A stretch of 64,000 nucleotides of DNA. Origin: Podarcis filfolensis (taxonomy: Eukaryota). Position numbers and translations under genes: made by a program. The DNA is taken from assembly GCA_964270895.1 (NCBI GenBank), contig OZ185438.1. The stretch is one strand, 5' to 3'. Below the pieces are notes generated by a model, which was not told the DNA's origin, ran no database searches, and worked only from the letters and a program-made list of their open reading frames with translations. Within the stretch, counting starts at the first letter, position 1; each line of letters begins with the position of its first letter. Below, piece after piece: positions 61,906 through 64,000 of the stretch.

Positions 61906-63699
61906 GAAATCCTCTCTCTAAATCCCTGCCAGCAAAGTGGTGTCATTCTTGAAGTCACAGAGGACAACTGTATTGGTGGACAGTGACACCTATTTGCAAG
62001 TTTCAATGAGCATTCCTGGATGTATGGGGGGGAGAGAGAGATGTACGGCTTAGAAGACAATATATTGTTCCATTGTTCCATTTACCATTTGGTATGCTAA
62101 CCCCCATCTCCTGACACTTAAGTTAGTCTAAGCTTGTGTGAGGAATCTCGGTGCTTCCATCAGTATTTTATGGAATGGACTGAGCTTATTTTGTGTGAAT
62201 ATGTCTTTCATAATTTCCATCTTGCCCTATAGGCTGAACTTTCCTTTCCAAAGCTTGCCATATTGGAGAGATCTTCACATCATGATATTTGCAGGCCATC
62301 CACATCAGTTAAATCCAATGGAAACGACAGACAAGACTTTTCTACAGCTTTAGTTCTTAGACAAACAAGCCCCAATTGTCTAGTAGAGACAATCAAAGAA
62401 TAAAAATAGAAAGCATTTTATTGGAAACCTGCAGCAAAGACATCAATTTGTTTGATCTAAGTTGTCAGCTATGTTGCTTTTGAGTCAATCTTTTAGCTTC
62501 TTTTGTATAGCTGAGTTGCAAAAGATACTGAACATTCTCAGACTAAGGTAAATAACACTGAAGCATATACTTTATTTCTTTTCAAGTGAAATAAGTGTTC
62601 TGTGTCCATGTGTGCCTTTAATGAAAAATGTAATTAAACGTGTCAATTTAATGGAAGGGAAAAAAACTTGTGGCAATTTTCTATAGTAATTCTGTATACA
62701 CGCAACAGATACAGAATGGCTTCATATAGTGAATACCCATAGTATTGGGGCAGAAGTAAAAGTACATTCCTGGGATCTGTGACTATATGGTACCAGAATT
62801 TTTACTTTGTCTGTCATTTTGCTGCCTGAACCAGAGTAGCAAATGACATTTCCCCCACCCACATACACCTAGTTTAAGTGGTAGGCAAGTTTAAGTGGCA
62901 GCGTGGAAATTATGAAAGATATATTCACACAAAGGAAATACAATCCATTCTACAGAGCATGCAAGGAAGTGCAGAGATTTTCTGCATTAGCATCGCCTAA
63001 CCCATTCACTTCAGGGACTGTTCATTGTAAAATGCTATTTTGGCACATGAAGCAGAAAATCCCACACATGCCTCTTGCCCTCCCTCACAGTTAAAAAGCA
63101 GCAACAATAATGAACCATATGATATCCTTTCTTGACACCTCAAATTTGTTTGTGCCTATGACAACTGCACTACCAAAGCAGTTCCTTCAACAGTGAATGT
63201 CACCTTTAACCACATAATAATTACAGTAAGTCCAGTATCTACATAAGGTTCATGCTTGTATGTTTCAATCTCCGATCACCTGCAAGAATTAGATTCAGTT
63301 CATTGATGATAACTCAGATACTCTATGCCAGATTCAGTTCAGGGCATCCTGCTGCTGATTTTCAATTTCTCTTTTATTGGCCTTAATCCTATAGTATAAT
63401 CAATCCTTTCAGTAGCCTAATTCACACCAGCTGTGCATCTGTGTCTTGAATTGTAGACTGTAGCAATAACTTCCCACTCACCCACTAAGGAGAGTGTTCC
63501 TATCGTGAAGAATCTCCACTTGCAGACTGAAGTTCATACAGTTCAGACATATAGCAAGCTGATTTAGGTACTGAGAAACTCTGTCCTTTTTGGTTCCTCT
63601 CATTTCTCATTTTTTTCCACTTACATTTAGTTCTCTACATCAGGTTGAAAATTAAGTGATAAAAAGTTCACATGAAACTCCATCAGCATTTTAGTGCAA

Positions 63700-64000
63700 A
63701 TATCACCAAGTGCACACAATTCTATTTTGCATAGGTTTTTTTTTTTGCAAAGCATTTTCCTTTAACATAGCTTATTTTTGTGTGCTGTTTTCCCTAATAT
63801 ATGCAAACATATGTACAATTTCCCCTAGATATATGCATTTTTGTACCCATTACCTGACTGGAGAACTGCATTGCAAAATTGAGACTTTAAAAAAATCCTA
63901 AATCATGCCCTAAATTGTTCGAAACTTCAGTTTCTTGAGCTGATGAAAGAATTAGGAGATTTTCAGATAACTATCAATTTTTTTTAAGGTAGCATTTTTA
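63700..64000. repeat. Unclassified old dispersed repeat, same family as 5770 and 33180
   Basis: Shared core gaactgcattgcaaaatt and tgcattttgtac. Confidence 0.55.

Overview
This is vertebrate genomic DNA: CpG-depleted, repeat-rich and intron-like or intergenic. The repeat inventory points to a squamate reptile, most likely a lacertid lizard (inference): Sauria SINEs, RTE-BovB, L2 and CR1 3' ends, Squam2/Squam3-like SINEs, Tigger/pogo and hAT MITEs, and solo LTRs. Nearly all protein-like ORFs in the supplied track come from repeats. I could not name a host gene. Several splice-bounded open segments exist on both strands, the best being a phase-compatible minus-strand pair at 26196-26342 and 23528-23618, but the set is mutually incompatible and partly expected by chance. 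The best-supported observations are structural: solo LTRs with exact TSDs, nested insertions that order the TE families in time, a chimeric hAT unit that appears to carry an L2 fragment, Buster-type target choice in three hAT MITEs, a triplicated CArG+ETS module in an LTR, a CpG-retaining direct repeat around an AP-1 site, and an interrupted CAG/CAA (Q21-like) tract. I found no CRISPR array, RNA gene or clearly novel system. Family names come from recalled consensus features, not database searches.
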